A stretch of DNA of 64,000 bases, taken from an uncultured Gammaproteobacteria bacterium (GTDB lineage: Bacteria > Patescibacteriota > Patescibacteriia > Magasanikbacterales > JBBTQS01). Positions 10,134 to 19,627 of this stretch are shown in pieces. The DNA lies in contig CAZVIA010000003.1 of assembly GCA_964627525.1 (NCBI GenBank), positions 21,367-85,366 on the forward strand, written 5' to 3'. Below the pieces are notes generated by a model. The model had not been told where the DNA came from. It did no database searches and was given only the letters and a program-made list of their open reading frames with translations. The first letter of the stretch is position 1. Every line of letters begins with the position of its first letter. Both the position numbers and the translations under genes were made by a program.

Positions 10134-10631
10134 ATGCGAATTCCTTCTAGAAAACCAGGTAAATATTCTAATCTTTCTCCAGATCCAAATATTACTCAGC
10201 AGAAAAAACTAGAATTAGAAACCAATCTTGCTCAGCTTAAAAAGAAAAAACCTCATGCAGCAAAAGAGGTTCAGCGTTTGGCGGAATTGGGTGATTTTTC
10301 AGAAAATGCTGAATATCAACTTGCCAAAGGACGTTTGCGAGGAATTAACCGTCGTATTCTTGAGATTGAAGATCATCTTAAGCGCGCCATTGTGATTTCA
10401 GTGCAGAAAAATATTAATGAGGTGCAATTAGGTGATACTGTTACAATTAAAATAGATGATCAGAAAAAAACTTATACTATTTTAGGTCCAACAGAAACCA
10501 ATCCTGCAAAAAGTATTATTTCTCATCTTTCGCCAATTGGCAGTGCGCTTATTGGTAAAAAACCCAATGACACTTTTCCAATTACTGTTGCTGGAAAAAC
10601 AAAACAGTGTACAATTATTTCAAAACATTAG
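10134..10631 (+). CDS. greA: transcription elongation factor GreA
   Basis: GDFSENAEY acidic finger motif and a C-terminal ISHLSPIGSALIGK FKBP-like motif. Confidence 0.8.
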   Translation: MRIPSRKPGKYSNLSPDPNITQQKKLELETNLAQLKKKKPHAAKEVQRLAELGDFSENAEYQLAKGRLRGINRRILEIEDHLKRAIVISVQKNINEVQLGDTVTIKIDDQKKTYTILGPTETNPAKSIISHLSPIGSALIGKKPNDTFPITVAGKTKQCTIISKH

Positions 10632-12016
10632 CTACGACTTCTTCGACTTGTTCCACTTCTGTTTCGACCACCACTTCGGCCACCGCCACTGCGACGACTT
10701 GCACCGCTTCTGCGACCAGCACTTCTTCGTGTTGCACCACTGCGTTTTCGTTTTTCGCCCGAACTATTATCACCACTGCGACCTGAATTTCCACCAGAAC
10801 CACGACGTGATTTGTTTCGCGAATTAAAATGTGATCTATTTGATCTGTGAGATTGTTTTTCTTGTGGAGGTTTTGGTCTTTCTGGAGAAAGTGTTGGAAG
10901 TGCCAAAACAGGAAGTGACTTACGAATAAGTCGCTCAATTTTTTTAACATCAGCTTTTTGAGACGGTGTAACAAAAGAAATTGCTTTTCCGTAGCGCCCT
11001 ACACGCCCAGTTCTTCCGATACGATGAACATAATCTTCTGAATTATCAGGTAAGTCAAAGTTGATCACCAAAGAAATATGTTTAACATCAATACCTCTAG
11101 CAGCAATATCAGTTGCAACAAGTACTCTGTATTTGCGTTTTGCAAAACCATTAAGAGCTAGTTCACGTTGTTTTTGAGAACGGTTTGAATGAATTTCTGT
11201 TGCAGTATGACCTATGTAACGAATGTCACGAGCAATACGTTTTGCGCCATGTTTAGTTCTTGAAAAAATAAGCACAGTGTCTTCTTTGTATTGTTCCAAA
11301 AGAGAATCAAGTAATCGCATTTTGTCATTTTTTCTAATAACAAAAATCTCTTGCACTACATTTTCTGGCAAAGTTCCTTGAGGTGCAATTTCAATACGCA
11401 ATGGAATTTTCATAAATTCACTTGCCAAAGATGAAATTGATTTTGGCATAGTAGCTGAAAACAACATTGTCTGTCGTTCTTTTGGAGCAGATTTTAAGAT
11501 CTGTTTAATTTGAGGTAAAAATCCAACATCAAGCATTCGATCTGCTTCATCAAGAGTAATAACGCTTGTGTTTTTAAGTGAATATAATTTTTGATCCATT
11601 AAATCAGCTAAACGTCCAGGAGTAGCAATAACAATATGAGGGTTTTGTCTTAAAGATTTTACTTGAGGTCTTTGAGAAACTCCTCCAATAATTACCGTGG
11701 TGCGAAGTCCGATTGGGCCACCAATTTGTTTAAGTGATTTTTCAACTTGTAAAGCAAGTTCTCTAGTAGGAACTACAACCAGTCCCTGTCCTTTATCAAG
11801 TGCAATGCGTTGAATCATTGGAATACCAAAAGCCAGTGTTTTTCCAGTACCAGTTTGCGCAACACCAACAACATCCTTACCTTTTATAGCAGCAGGAATG
11901 ATTTGGTTTTGGATTGGCATTGGGGAATTAAACCCGTTTTTTGTAAGAATAGTTAATATTTTTGTAGCTATTCCTAGGTCACTAAATTGACCTGCCTTTT
12001 GATTATTTTTATTCAT
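10628..12016 (-). CDS. DEAD-box ATP-dependent RNA helicase with an RG/RS-rich C-terminal tail
   Basis: Q motif, AQTGTGKT, PTRELA, DEAD, SAT and HRIGRTGR motifs. The C-terminal tail is a low-complexity arginine-glycine repeat. Confidence 0.85.
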   Translation of the reverse strand: MNKNNQKAGQFSDLGIATKILTILTKNGFNSPMPIQNQIIPAAIKGKDVVGVAQTGTGKTLAFGIPMIQRIALDKGQGLVVVPTRELALQVEKSLKQIGGPIGLRTTVIIGGVSQRPQVKSLRQNPHIVIATPGRLADLMDQKLYSLKNTSVITLDEADRMLDVGFLPQIKQILKSAPKERQTMLFSATMPKSISSLASEFMKIPLRIEIAPQGTLPENVVQEIFVIRKNDKMRLLDSLLEQYKEDTVLIFSRTKHGAKRIARDIRYIGHTATEIHSNRSQKQRELALNGFAKRKYRVLVATDIAARGIDVKHISLVINFDLPDNSEDYVHRIGRTGRVGRYGKAISFVTPSQKADVKKIERLIRKSLPVLALPTLSPERPKPPQEKQSHRSNRSHFNSRNKSRRGSGGNSGRSGDNSSGEKRKRSGATRRSAGRRSGASRRSGGGRSGGRNRSGTSRRSRS

Positions 12017-12117
12017 AAGTTGATAATGCAGTCTACCAGAAAAACGATATTATGTCAAGTTTTATAAACTTAAACACAAAAGTAACAAAAAAAGCCTAGA
12101 TTAAATAGGCTATTTTT

Positions 12118-12260
12118 TGTGATTAGATGGGCTATTTACGCTTACTTCTCTTTTTTGCCTTTTCCTCAAGCATTAGCTTTTTAATCTCAAGACGTTTTTT
12201 GGTTTTTCGTGAACGGGTTTTTTTCATTTTCCCGATTCCTGTTGTTCTTTTTGCCATATA
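12118..12260 (-). CDS. possible small, highly basic protein of 31-41 aa
   Basis: The reverse strand encodes M(AKRTTGIGK)MKKTRSRKTKKRLEIKKLMLEEKAKKRSKRK. The internal ATG has an AGGA SD 9 nt upstream. It is below the ORF-track length cutoff. Confidence 0.2.
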
Positions 12261-12397
12261 ACACACATTCTACTATCTATGATGGTTTTTGTAAAGGCCA
12301 GAGGACTATTATAACAAATTGACAAACCCTCTACATCCATTATACTTTATATATATTAAAAAGAGTTGATCAAATTTAGCCCTACCACAAAACTTGT

Positions 12398-14764
12398 ATG
12401 AATAAAGAATTACCCAAAAAATACGATCACAAAACAACTGAAGATAAAATCAAAAAACTTTGGGAAAAGGAAAAAGTTTTTGAATTTAATTTTGATGAGA
12501 GCAAACCAATTTACGCAGTAGATACACCTCCTCCTTATGTTTCTGCAGATCATTTGCATTCAGGTCATATAATGTCCTATGCTCAAGCAGAATTTATTGT
12601 GCGGTACAAACGCATGAAAGGATTTAATGTTTTTTATCCAATGGGTTTTGATGATAATGGTTTGCCTACAGAAAGATTTGTGGAAAAAAAATATAATATA
12701 GATAAGTCAAAAGTTACAAAGCAAGAGTTTATAAAAATTTGTCTGGAAGAAACAAAAAAAGGTGCGCAAACTTATAAAGAATTGTGGACCAATTTAGGGA
12801 TTTCAGTTGATTGGTCAAAAACTTATAGCACAATTAATCCAACAGCGATAAAAGTTTCGCAGTGGTCGCTGATAGATTTGTTTCAAAAAGGTGCTTTGCA
12901 CAGAAGTGAAGCTCCTGTTTTGTGGTGTCCGCATTGTCAGACAGCTTTGGCTCAAGCAGATTTAGAAGACAAAGAAGATGAGTCAAAATTAAATTATATT
13001 ACTTTTAAATCAAGTGAGGGCGATGATCTTACTATTGCAACTTCTAGACCAGAGTTGTTGCCAGCTTGTGTTGCTTTGTATGTAAATCCAGAGGACAAGC
13101 GATTTAAACATTTGATTGGAAAAACTGCGACAGTGCCTTTGTTTGATTATGAGATTCCAATTAAGCCAAGTGAAAAAGTTGATATGGAATTTGGGACTGG
13201 TTTAATGATGGTTTGTACTTGGGGAGATCAGGAGGATTTAGATAAATGGCGCACAGATAAATTAGATACACGACCTTTGATTAAAGAAGATGGAACTTTG
13301 GGTGAAAATGGTGGTAAGTACAAAGGTATGTATTTGTTAAAAGCTAGAAAAGTTATTTTAGAGGATCTTGATGCGGCAAAATTTCTCACAAAACAAGAAG
13401 ACATCACACATTCTTTAAATGTTCATGAAAGATGTTCAACTGCAACAGAATTTGTTCTTAGTAAGCAGTGGTTTATAAAAATTGATGGGATGAAAGATGT
13501 TTGGTTAAAATATGGTGAACAATTAAATTGGTATCCAAAGTTTAAAGCCAAAGATTATGAGATGTGGGTAAATTCAATTAAATGGGATTGGTGTATTTCA
13601 AGACAGCGATATTATGGTGTGCCTTTTCCAATTTGGTATTGTAAAAAATGTGATGAGCCAGTTTTTGCTGAAGAAAAAGATTTGCCAATTCATCCAACTG
13701 AAAAAAATGCACCTGTTGATAAATGTTCAAAATGCGATTCCACAGATTTTGTTCCAGAAAACGATGTAATGGATACTTGGGCAACTTCTTCTTGCACTCC
13801 ATTTTTATTAAAGGAGTTGGTTGAGGAAAAAGCTAAGGATGCTGTTTTTCCAGTGACACTAAGACCAAATGCTTTTGAGATTATTAGGACTTGGGATTTT
13901 TATTCAATGGTAAAAAGTCATTATCATTTTGGAAAATTGCCTTTTAAGGATGTGATGATTTCAGGTCATGGTTTAGATGAAAAGGGTAAAAAAATATCTA
14001 AGCGTTTGGCTAATTATATTCCAGCCGACAAGTTGATTGAGGAGTTTGGTGCAGATGCAATTCGTTATTGGGCAACAGGTGCAACACTTGGTCGGAATTT
14101 GCGTTTTAATAAACAGGAAATTCAAAAAGGGAAAAAAACTGTTACAAAGTTGTGGAATGTTGCGCAGTTTTTGATTGTGAATAATGCTGAATTTAAAGCT
14201 GAAGAACAACCGGTTTTGGAGTATGCGGATTTGTGGATTTTTGAAGAATTAAACAAAACTATAAAAAGAGCCACAGCTTTGTTTGATAAATATGAATACT
14301 CTAAAGCGCGTGATGAAATTGATGTTTTCTTTTGGTCAAAATTTACTGACTATTACATGGAGTTTATTAAACATCGCTTGTCTGGAGATGATGATCAGTC
14401 AAAAGTTGGTGCGCAATATTGTTTTACAAAAGTTTTTGAAAATATTTTGAAAATGTATGCGCCAATTATGCCGTTTGTTACAGAGGAGTTGTTTCAGGTA
14501 TTTTTTAAAGATGTTAAAGGTTCTGAAAAAACTATTCACTTGTGCGCTTGGCCAGAGCAAATTGATGTTGAGGGTGGGGAATTAGACATTTCTGATTTTG
14601 ATAGTGCGATTGAGGCGATTAATGAGGTTAGGGGATTTAAGTCTGTAAATAATATGTCTTTGGGGACTGAATTACCAGAATATAAATTAAAAACCAAAGT
14701 TGATTTAGAAAAATACGGGGATTTTATTAAAAAAGCTATAAAAGTAGGGGGGTTGTTGGCTTAA
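12398..14764 (+). CDS. valS: valyl-tRNA synthetase (short form)
   Basis: Class I HIGH-like motif (HLHSGH) and KMSKS-like motif (KISKR). The editing-domain stretch NPEDKRFKHLIGK...DMEFGTG closely matches the ValS CP1 consensus NPEDPRYKDLIGK...DMEKGTG. Confidence 0.7.
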   Translation: MNKELPKKYDHKTTEDKIKKLWEKEKVFEFNFDESKPIYAVDTPPPYVSADHLHSGHIMSYAQAEFIVRYKRMKGFNVFYPMGFDDNGLPTERFVEKKYNIDKSKVTKQEFIKICLEETKKGAQTYKELWTNLGISVDWSKTYSTINPTAIKVSQWSLIDLFQKGALHRSEAPVLWCPHCQTALAQADLEDKEDESKLNYITFKSSEGDDLTIATSRPELLPACVALYVNPEDKRFKHLIGKTATVPLFDYEIPIKPSEKVDMEFGTGLMMVCTWGDQEDLDKWRTDKLDTRPLIKEDGTLGENGGKYKGMYLLKARKVILEDLDAAKFLTKQEDITHSLNVHERCSTATEFVLSKQWFIKIDGMKDVWLKYGEQLNWYPKFKAKDYEMWVNSIKWDWCISRQRYYGVPFPIWYCKKCDEPVFAEEKDLPIHPTEKNAPVDKCSKCDSTDFVPENDVMDTWATSSCTPFLLKELVEEKAKDAVFPVTLRPNAFEIIRTWDFYSMVKSHYHFGKLPFKDVMISGHGLDEKGKKISKRLANYIPADKLIEEFGADAIRYWATGATLGRNLRFNKQEIQKGKKTVTKLWNVAQFLIVNNAEFKAEEQPVLEYADLWIFEELNKTIKRATALFDKYEYSKARDEIDVFFWSKFTDYYMEFIKHRLSGDDDQSKVGAQYCFTKVFENILKMYAPIMPFVTEELFQVFFKDVKGSEKTIHLCAWPEQIDVEGGELDISDFDSAIEAINEVRGFKSVNNMSLGTELPEYKLKTKVDLEKYGDFIKKAIKVGGLLA

Positions 14765-14802
14765 TTTAGAGATTAATTTAGGGGGAAATTAAAGTGCAAA
14801 GC

Positions 14803-14831
14803 TTGACAAAGTCAGGCTTATGTGCTATATT
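14803..14831 (+). promoter_or_regulatory. near-consensus sigma70 promoter, TTGACA-17-TATATT
   Basis: TTGACA at 14803-14808 and TATATT at 14826-14831, upstream of the GGGGGTAAAG SD and the ATG at 14878. Confidence 0.5.
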
Positions 14832-14877
14832 TTTGTGTCTGGCAATTTTGCCAAGACCAAGGAAACTGGGGGTAAAG

Positions 14878-15381
14878 ATGAGGGAGAGAATGATATTTTT
14901 CTGTGCTATTTTTGTGCTTATGGCCGCTCTAGTCTATGTCTTTGGTTCCAAAAAGGATTCACCAGAAGTTCAAGAAACAACAGGTGAGCCAAGAAGTGAA
15001 TATAGTGTGGTATTTTGCGAAGTGGGTGAGTTTACAAGTGCTAGGCTTGAGATCACTGGGAATTACTTTCATGATTTTGTTGATCTAAAAGAAGGTAAGT
15101 CTTTTCCTTTGGGAATGGTTTGTGGTAAATGGCACCCCATCAAAGAGTGGGAAGGTCATTTCCAGGTCAATCTTATTCCAAGTAGAAAATACAGTCAGGT
15201 TTTGGTGTGCCTAAAGGGTTTCCCAAATAAAAATAACGTAGGAAGTACGTGTTATAAAGTGATTGATCGCGAGGGTGATTTTGGGATTGTCAGGACCATA
15301 GAGCTTAACATTGGGGAAGAAAAAAACCCTGATCTTTGGCCAGTTCAAAGTTTTGATATGGCGCCACCACCGTCTAACTAG
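14878..15381 (+). CDS. hypothetical exported or membrane-anchored protein, first gene of a GC-richer three-gene operon
   Basis: N-terminal signal-anchor MRERMIFFCAIFVLMAALVYVFG and a strong SD. GC is about 43-45% against about 33% in flanking genes. Confidence 0.5.
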   Translation: MRERMIFFCAIFVLMAALVYVFGSKKDSPEVQETTGEPRSEYSVVFCEVGEFTSARLEITGNYFHDFVDLKEGKSFPLGMVCGKWHPIKEWEGHFQVNLIPSRKYSQVLVCLKGFPNKNNVGSTCYKVIDREGDFGIVRTIELNIGEEKNPDLWPVQSFDMAPPPSN

Positions 15382-15410
15382 GCATAAGACACAGAAACAA
15401 GGAGGCCAAA

Positions 15411-15890
15411 ATGACATCCACAGAGAAAAAGCCTCAGGCTAAAGTTCTTGTGGTCAGTGTGTCAGGTTCCGTTCGGCAATTTTTGGGGAGTGTTGTAGAA
15501 CAAAGAGGTCGTGCTGTAACCAAAGTCCGAAATATTGCTTTTGCTGTTGAATTCATGTTGCATCAAGATGTTGATTTGGTGCTAGTTGATTTGCACCTAG
15601 AAGGCTCGCTGGATTTGATGGTTGAAGCCAAACAAAGACAACCAAATGTGTGTTTGTTGGGGATTGCGCGACATGATACTAATCCAGTGATTGTGTTAGG
15701 TGCATTGCAATTAGGTGGTATGCTAAACTGCCTGGTCATACCTGAAGATGGTCTGGGTGTTGTGTCAGAATTTACACGTGGTTTATTTGCAGATATCATA
15801 GATTCTGGTTTGGAATCAATCAAAGTTGCTTGCCCTCAGTGTAAGGGTGAGGGAACTGTACAGCGTTTTCCTGGTAAAGAAACACCCTAA
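15411..15890 (+). CDS. receiver-like (CheY-fold, non-canonical) domain protein with a C-terminal CxxCxGxG zinc-finger motif
   Basis: VLVVS...DLVLVDL receiver-like pattern lacking the acidic pair. The C-terminal CPQCKGEG is a DnaJ-type CxxCxGxG motif. AAGGAGG SD is present. Confidence 0.45.
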   Translation: MTSTEKKPQAKVLVVSVSGSVRQFLGSVVEQRGRAVTKVRNIAFAVEFMLHQDVDLVLVDLHLEGSLDLMVEAKQRQPNVCLLGIARHDTNPVIVLGALQLGGMLNCLVIPEDGLGVVSEFTRGLFADIIDSGLESIKVACPQCKGEGTVQRFPGKETP

Positions 15891-16041
15891 AGTTGAGAGT
15901 TGCCAACAACTACTTGAGAGCCACTAAGCTTAACGCGCTGGTGGTTTTTAAGTTGTCTAAAAAACTTGACACATCAACCCAACAGTGCTATTGTTTTTTG
16001 TTAAACAAATTTGTTTAACACATGCACGGGAGGGGGAGAAA

Positions 16042-17067
16042 ATGAGGATACTTGAGGTTTTTGCTGTCTATGTTATGGATGTAGTGTTAGCTGGAGTTGG
16101 TTGGGTAAAATGGTTTTACTCTAGGTGTAGGTTTTACATTAAAACCAATATTCTGAATCAAGTGATGTACAAGATTAATCCTAAGCAAAGTGTGCGAATG
16201 TACATGCAAGCAAGTCTGTTGTCTTTACAAAAAGAAAAAGATGAGTTTGCTACATTGGATTTGTTGTTTAGTTTGCCACCACATCTGTCTGATGTTTTGA
16301 CGAATTTTATGATGTACATTCAAGGTGCAAAGGAAATCATGCAATCTTGTGGCACATGGCCATTTGAAAATGAGGATGAGGAATTTAGTAGTACCAAGCT
16401 CAAGCTTATTTATTCCAAACTTGCAAAGTTTTTTCTTGAAAACAAGTGTAGGGGTTTTTTGGAATATGATGAAGCTTTGGATTACCAAGATGCTTTATTG
16501 TGCGAACAACTAAGGCAGTTGATCGGTGCAATGTCTGCAATAGGTAATCCTAGTGCTAGATTTGATCCTTGGTTTTATTTTGCAATGTGGTCTGAGGAAT
16601 TGGATCTTGTTGAGATTGCTTTTTGCAGGTCTTTAGGTAATTACTTGATTGCGCGTGCTAATAAGCAAAGAGCTAACATAAAAGATTATGTACCACCTGG
16701 TTTACCACCAGAATTTGTGGTCAAGTTGATTGAAATGGTTGCAGAGATTAATTTGATTGAGTTGAGTTTGTCAGAAGCAGATAGATTTTATGATGACATT
16801 GGAGTGGATCATAAGACAAGTGATTTCAATACAGTGTGTTTGTTCTTGGGTGGTTATCTGTGTCATCTTTGTGTGGGGGAGTCATTTCCAATACTAGATT
16901 GTGAAATTGGTTTGTTATACCGTGGTCAGATTACAAAGTACTTGGCACATGTCATGTATTCTCTTGTAACTACTGTGCCTGGTGATGAACCAGATCTTTT
17001 ATTTTTCTCTCCTATGGATTGGAAGGATCAAACTTTTGAATTTGAAAGTGAATGGGATGGTGAATAA
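16042..17067 (+). CDS. hypothetical acidic cytoplasmic protein of 341 aa, no recognisable domain
   Basis: GGGAGGGGGAG SD followed by an ATG at 16042. The ORF-track start at 15985 is likely an upstream extension. Confidence 0.5.
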   Translation: MRILEVFAVYVMDVVLAGVGWVKWFYSRCRFYIKTNILNQVMYKINPKQSVRMYMQASLLSLQKEKDEFATLDLLFSLPPHLSDVLTNFMMYIQGAKEIMQSCGTWPFENEDEEFSSTKLKLIYSKLAKFFLENKCRGFLEYDEALDYQDALLCEQLRQLIGAMSAIGNPSARFDPWFYFAMWSEELDLVEIAFCRSLGNYLIARANKQRANIKDYVPPGLPPEFVVKLIEMVAEINLIELSLSEADRFYDDIGVDHKTSDFNTVCLFLGGYLCHLCVGESFPILDCEIGLLYRGQITKYLAHVMYSLVTTVPGDEPDLLFFSPMDWKDQTFEFESEWDGE

Positions 17068-17107
17068 GTTGGGGATTTTGAAAAAAACTTTAAAAAACAA
17101 CAAAGAG

Positions 17108-17140
17108 CCGTGCGTTTAACAGTGTACGGTTTTTTGATTG
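17108..17140 (+). terminator. probable rho-independent terminator of the three-gene operon
   Basis: An imperfect hairpin CCGTGCG...TGTACGG followed by TTTTTTG. Confidence 0.35.
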
Positions 17141-17151
17141 TTAGTTTTCTC

Positions 17152-17189
17152 TGTTCACTATTGTGAAGAATGTTAGAGTTGAGTTTTGT
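17152..17189 (+). repeat. 38-bp junction repeat, copy 1 (TGTTCACTATTGTGAAGAATGTTAGAGTTGAGTTTTGT)
   Basis: One of six copies of a conserved repeat containing the palindrome TTCAC-TATT-GTGAA and a GATGTTAG(A/G)A core. Confidence 0.8.
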
Positions 17190-17383
17190 TTAGAATTGCA
17201 CTAATCTTTCTTAAATAATAAGATTTTGGTACAGTATATTTGTACTGAATATTTTATGTCTAAAAAATATCAAAAACAATCTGTTATTTATCAAGGTAAA
17301 ACTGGAGCTATTAAAGGAAAAACCCGAAAGATAAAGATAAGATGATTGGGTTGGTTTTGTTGTTGTTGAAGAAATAGTTTTAG

Positions 17384-17421
17384 TGTTCACTGTTGTGAAG
17401 GATGTTAGAACTGGGTTTTGT
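17384..17421 (+). repeat. 38-bp junction repeat, copy 2
   Basis: TGTTCACTGTTGTGAAGGATGTTAGAACTGGGTTTTGT. Confidence 0.8.
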
Positions 17422-17492
17422 GTCATATAATAAGTTTTAATATCTTTATAAAAACACACTGCCCACGTTAATGAGCAGTGTGTGGTAAGAAT

Positions 17493-18014
17493 TCAATAAC
17501 GTTGTCTTTTTGGTTTAATACCTTTGAGATAATAATCAATCCTTTCTTTTTTCCACATTTTTTCAATATTAGCATCATCAGTTCTTGTGCCTGGATAAAC
17601 TCTATTTTTGCCTTTTTCTAAGGTTCTCTTTAATCCAAAACTTTTTGAATCAATATGTGCAATAGTAAGTTCATCAATCAGTTGATCTACTTTTTGTCTT
17701 GTGCTTTGATCTACCCCTTCTCTTTTGCGATCTATGCTATTAGATGTGTTTGGGTCATTACCATGTCCTTCACCTAATAATACTTTTAATTCATCTATGC
17801 TAATTGTTAAACCATGCTTGCTTTGTATTGTTTTACCAATTGCATACAAACAATCATATTTATTTAAACGCATGAAATAACCTTCTTTGTCCTTGAATAC
17901 GAATTTTACAAGGGTGTGATTTTCATCAACCTCTTGTTCAATATTATATTCTCTTTCTTCTCTGTATCGGGATCCTTGGTCATAATTATATCCATATTTT
18001 TTTGGTTCTGTCAC
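17493..18014 (-). CDS. hypothetical protein of 173 aa
   Basis: Clean ORF lying between repeat copies 2 and 3; no recognisable motif. Confidence 0.45.
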   Translation of the reverse strand: MTEPKKYGYNYDQGSRYREEREYNIEQEVDENHTLVKFVFKDKEGYFMRLNKYDCLYAIGKTIQSKHGLTISIDELKVLLGEGHGNDPNTSNSIDRKREGVDQSTRQKVDQLIDELTIAHIDSKSFGLKRTLEKGKNRVYPGTRTDDANIEKMWKKERIDYYLKGIKPKRQRY

Positions 18015-18204
18015 TACTTGCCACCCCTTTTTGTTGGTTAATGTTTGTTGAAATTTACCACCTAGTCTTTTCTGTGTTATTTTGATATTCGTAATTATAG
18101 TTTTTTTAATTTAAAATTAGCTATTTTTTTTGTATAAAAATATTTTGTTCGTGGTTATTGACAAAAAACTTGTTAAATGTTAAGTTGTTGTTCTATTAAA
18201 AACT

Positions 18205-19038
18205 ATGAAAATATTTGATGAAAACCAAAAATTAATTTTTAAATTACAGAAGTGTGGTTTAACAAAAAAACAGACCACTGTTTATCTTGGTCTTTTAGAA
18301 TTAGGAGGTGCTTTTCCTTCAAAAGTTTCTGATTATGTAAACATGAATAGATCAACTGTTTATAAAATTCTTAGTGATTTATCTATTAAAAATTTAATTG
18401 TTGAAACAAAAAAAAGAGGTAAGTGGTTTTATTGTGTTGAAAAACCAGAAAAACTATTGTCTCACAACAAACGCAGGATTAATATATTAAATAAAGAAAT
18501 TAAAAGTACTGAAAATGTTTTAAAGGATTTAAATAGTTTATTTTCTTTAAATTTACAAAAACCAAAAATTAAATTTTATGAGGGTGTTGAAGGGGTCTTA
18601 GAAGTGTTTCGTAGTCATCTGAATATTGAAAAGCCGTATGAAATGTTGGCTGTTTGTAATGCATCTAAGTTTTTAAAATTTATTCCTAATAAGGAATTAA
18701 AAAAATATTTGAAAGCAAAAGAAAAGTTGGAGATTACAACCAGGGGATTAGTGCCAGATACAAATACAGACATCAAATATAATAATAGTGCTTGTAAAAA
18801 TGCTGGGGTTAGCAAAAAAACATGGCCAAAGTTGAGGTTTGTTTCTTCAGAGGTTTTTAATATGGGAAGTGATATAACTGTTTATGGTGAGGATAAAATA
18901 TCAATTATAAATTTTACTAATGATAAATTGATAGGGATTATCATCGAAGATAAAACTATACACGATATGTTTAAAATGGTCTTTAATCTTGCGTGGAAAG
19001 GTGCTGAGAGGGGTTGTTTAAGATGTTCACTATTGTGA
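18205..19038 (+). CDS. TrmB-family-like HTH transcriptional regulator; paralogue of the gene at 24712
   Basis: The N-terminal LTKKQTTVYLGLLELG...STVYKILSDLSIKNLI winged-HTH pattern resembles TrmB. The last six codons and the stop lie inside repeat copy 3. Confidence 0.5.
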   Translation: MKIFDENQKLIFKLQKCGLTKKQTTVYLGLLELGGAFPSKVSDYVNMNRSTVYKILSDLSIKNLIVETKKRGKWFYCVEKPEKLLSHNKRRINILNKEIKSTENVLKDLNSLFSLNLQKPKIKFYEGVEGVLEVFRSHLNIEKPYEMLAVCNASKFLKFIPNKELKKYLKAKEKLEITTRGLVPDTNTDIKYNNSACKNAGVSKKTWPKLRFVSSEVFNMGSDITVYGEDKISIINFTNDKLIGIIIEDKTIHDMFKMVFNLAWKGAERGCLRCSLL

Positions 19039-19061
19039 AGGATGTTAGGATTGGGTTTTTT
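19024..19061 (+). repeat. 38-bp junction repeat, copy 3
   Basis: TGTTCACTATTGTGAAGGATGTTAGGATTGGGTTTTTT. Confidence 0.8.
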
Positions 19062-19125
19062 TAGATATTTTATAATTTCAGTCGGTATGGTAGTATAGAT
19101 TATATAAGTTTAATCAAATAAATAT

Positions 19126-19557
19126 ATGAATTTTCAAATAGAAAATTGTGGTTTTTGCCAATATAATAAAACCAAAAATACATTCAAAAAAATGAATTTT
19201 CAGCCAAGTGGAATTGAAGGTGGAGGTCAAAATAGCGCAGAAAGAGCTGGTTTTTGTAAAGATGGGAATAATCCAGAGACGTGCGAGACATGTAAAACAG
19301 AAAATGAAATTAAATTAATGGAAGCTCAAGCTGAAATTGATAATAGAGCAAAAATAGTGGACGCAGAAGCAGGTGAGTTAAGAGCACAAAGTATTAGGGC
19401 TACTGGTGAGCAAATGCATAGACAGATGGCAGATGATGCAGAAATGACTGCAAGGCAAATGGAGAGGTTTGGTTATGGAAAAGGTAAAGAAAGGTTAAAT
19501 ACATTTCATGACAAAAACGAAGAATTTTACGATCAAAGAGGTAGAAAAAAAGAATAA
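19126..19557 (+). CDS. hypothetical zinc-ribbon protein (CGFC...CETC) with a coiled-coil C-terminus, copy 1
   Basis: 143 aa with two CxxC pairs and an A/E/R-rich helical tail. Confidence 0.5.
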   Translation: MNFQIENCGFCQYNKTKNTFKKMNFQPSGIEGGGQNSAERAGFCKDGNNPETCETCKTENEIKLMEAQAEIDNRAKIVDAEAGELRAQSIRATGEQMHRQMADDAEMTARQMERFGYGKGKERLNTFHDKNEEFYDQRGRKKE

Positions 19558-19627
19558 TAGTTATATAAGGTTATTAAACAGAAGTTTTTTTGTTTGTGTT
19601 AATATAGTAAATATTTAATCAAAAACC

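Noticed and set aside
10537-10974. ORFs 10537-10827 and 10615-10974 overlapping the helicase 3' end
   Set aside because: They are frame artefacts of the RG/RS-rich repeat in the helicase tail.
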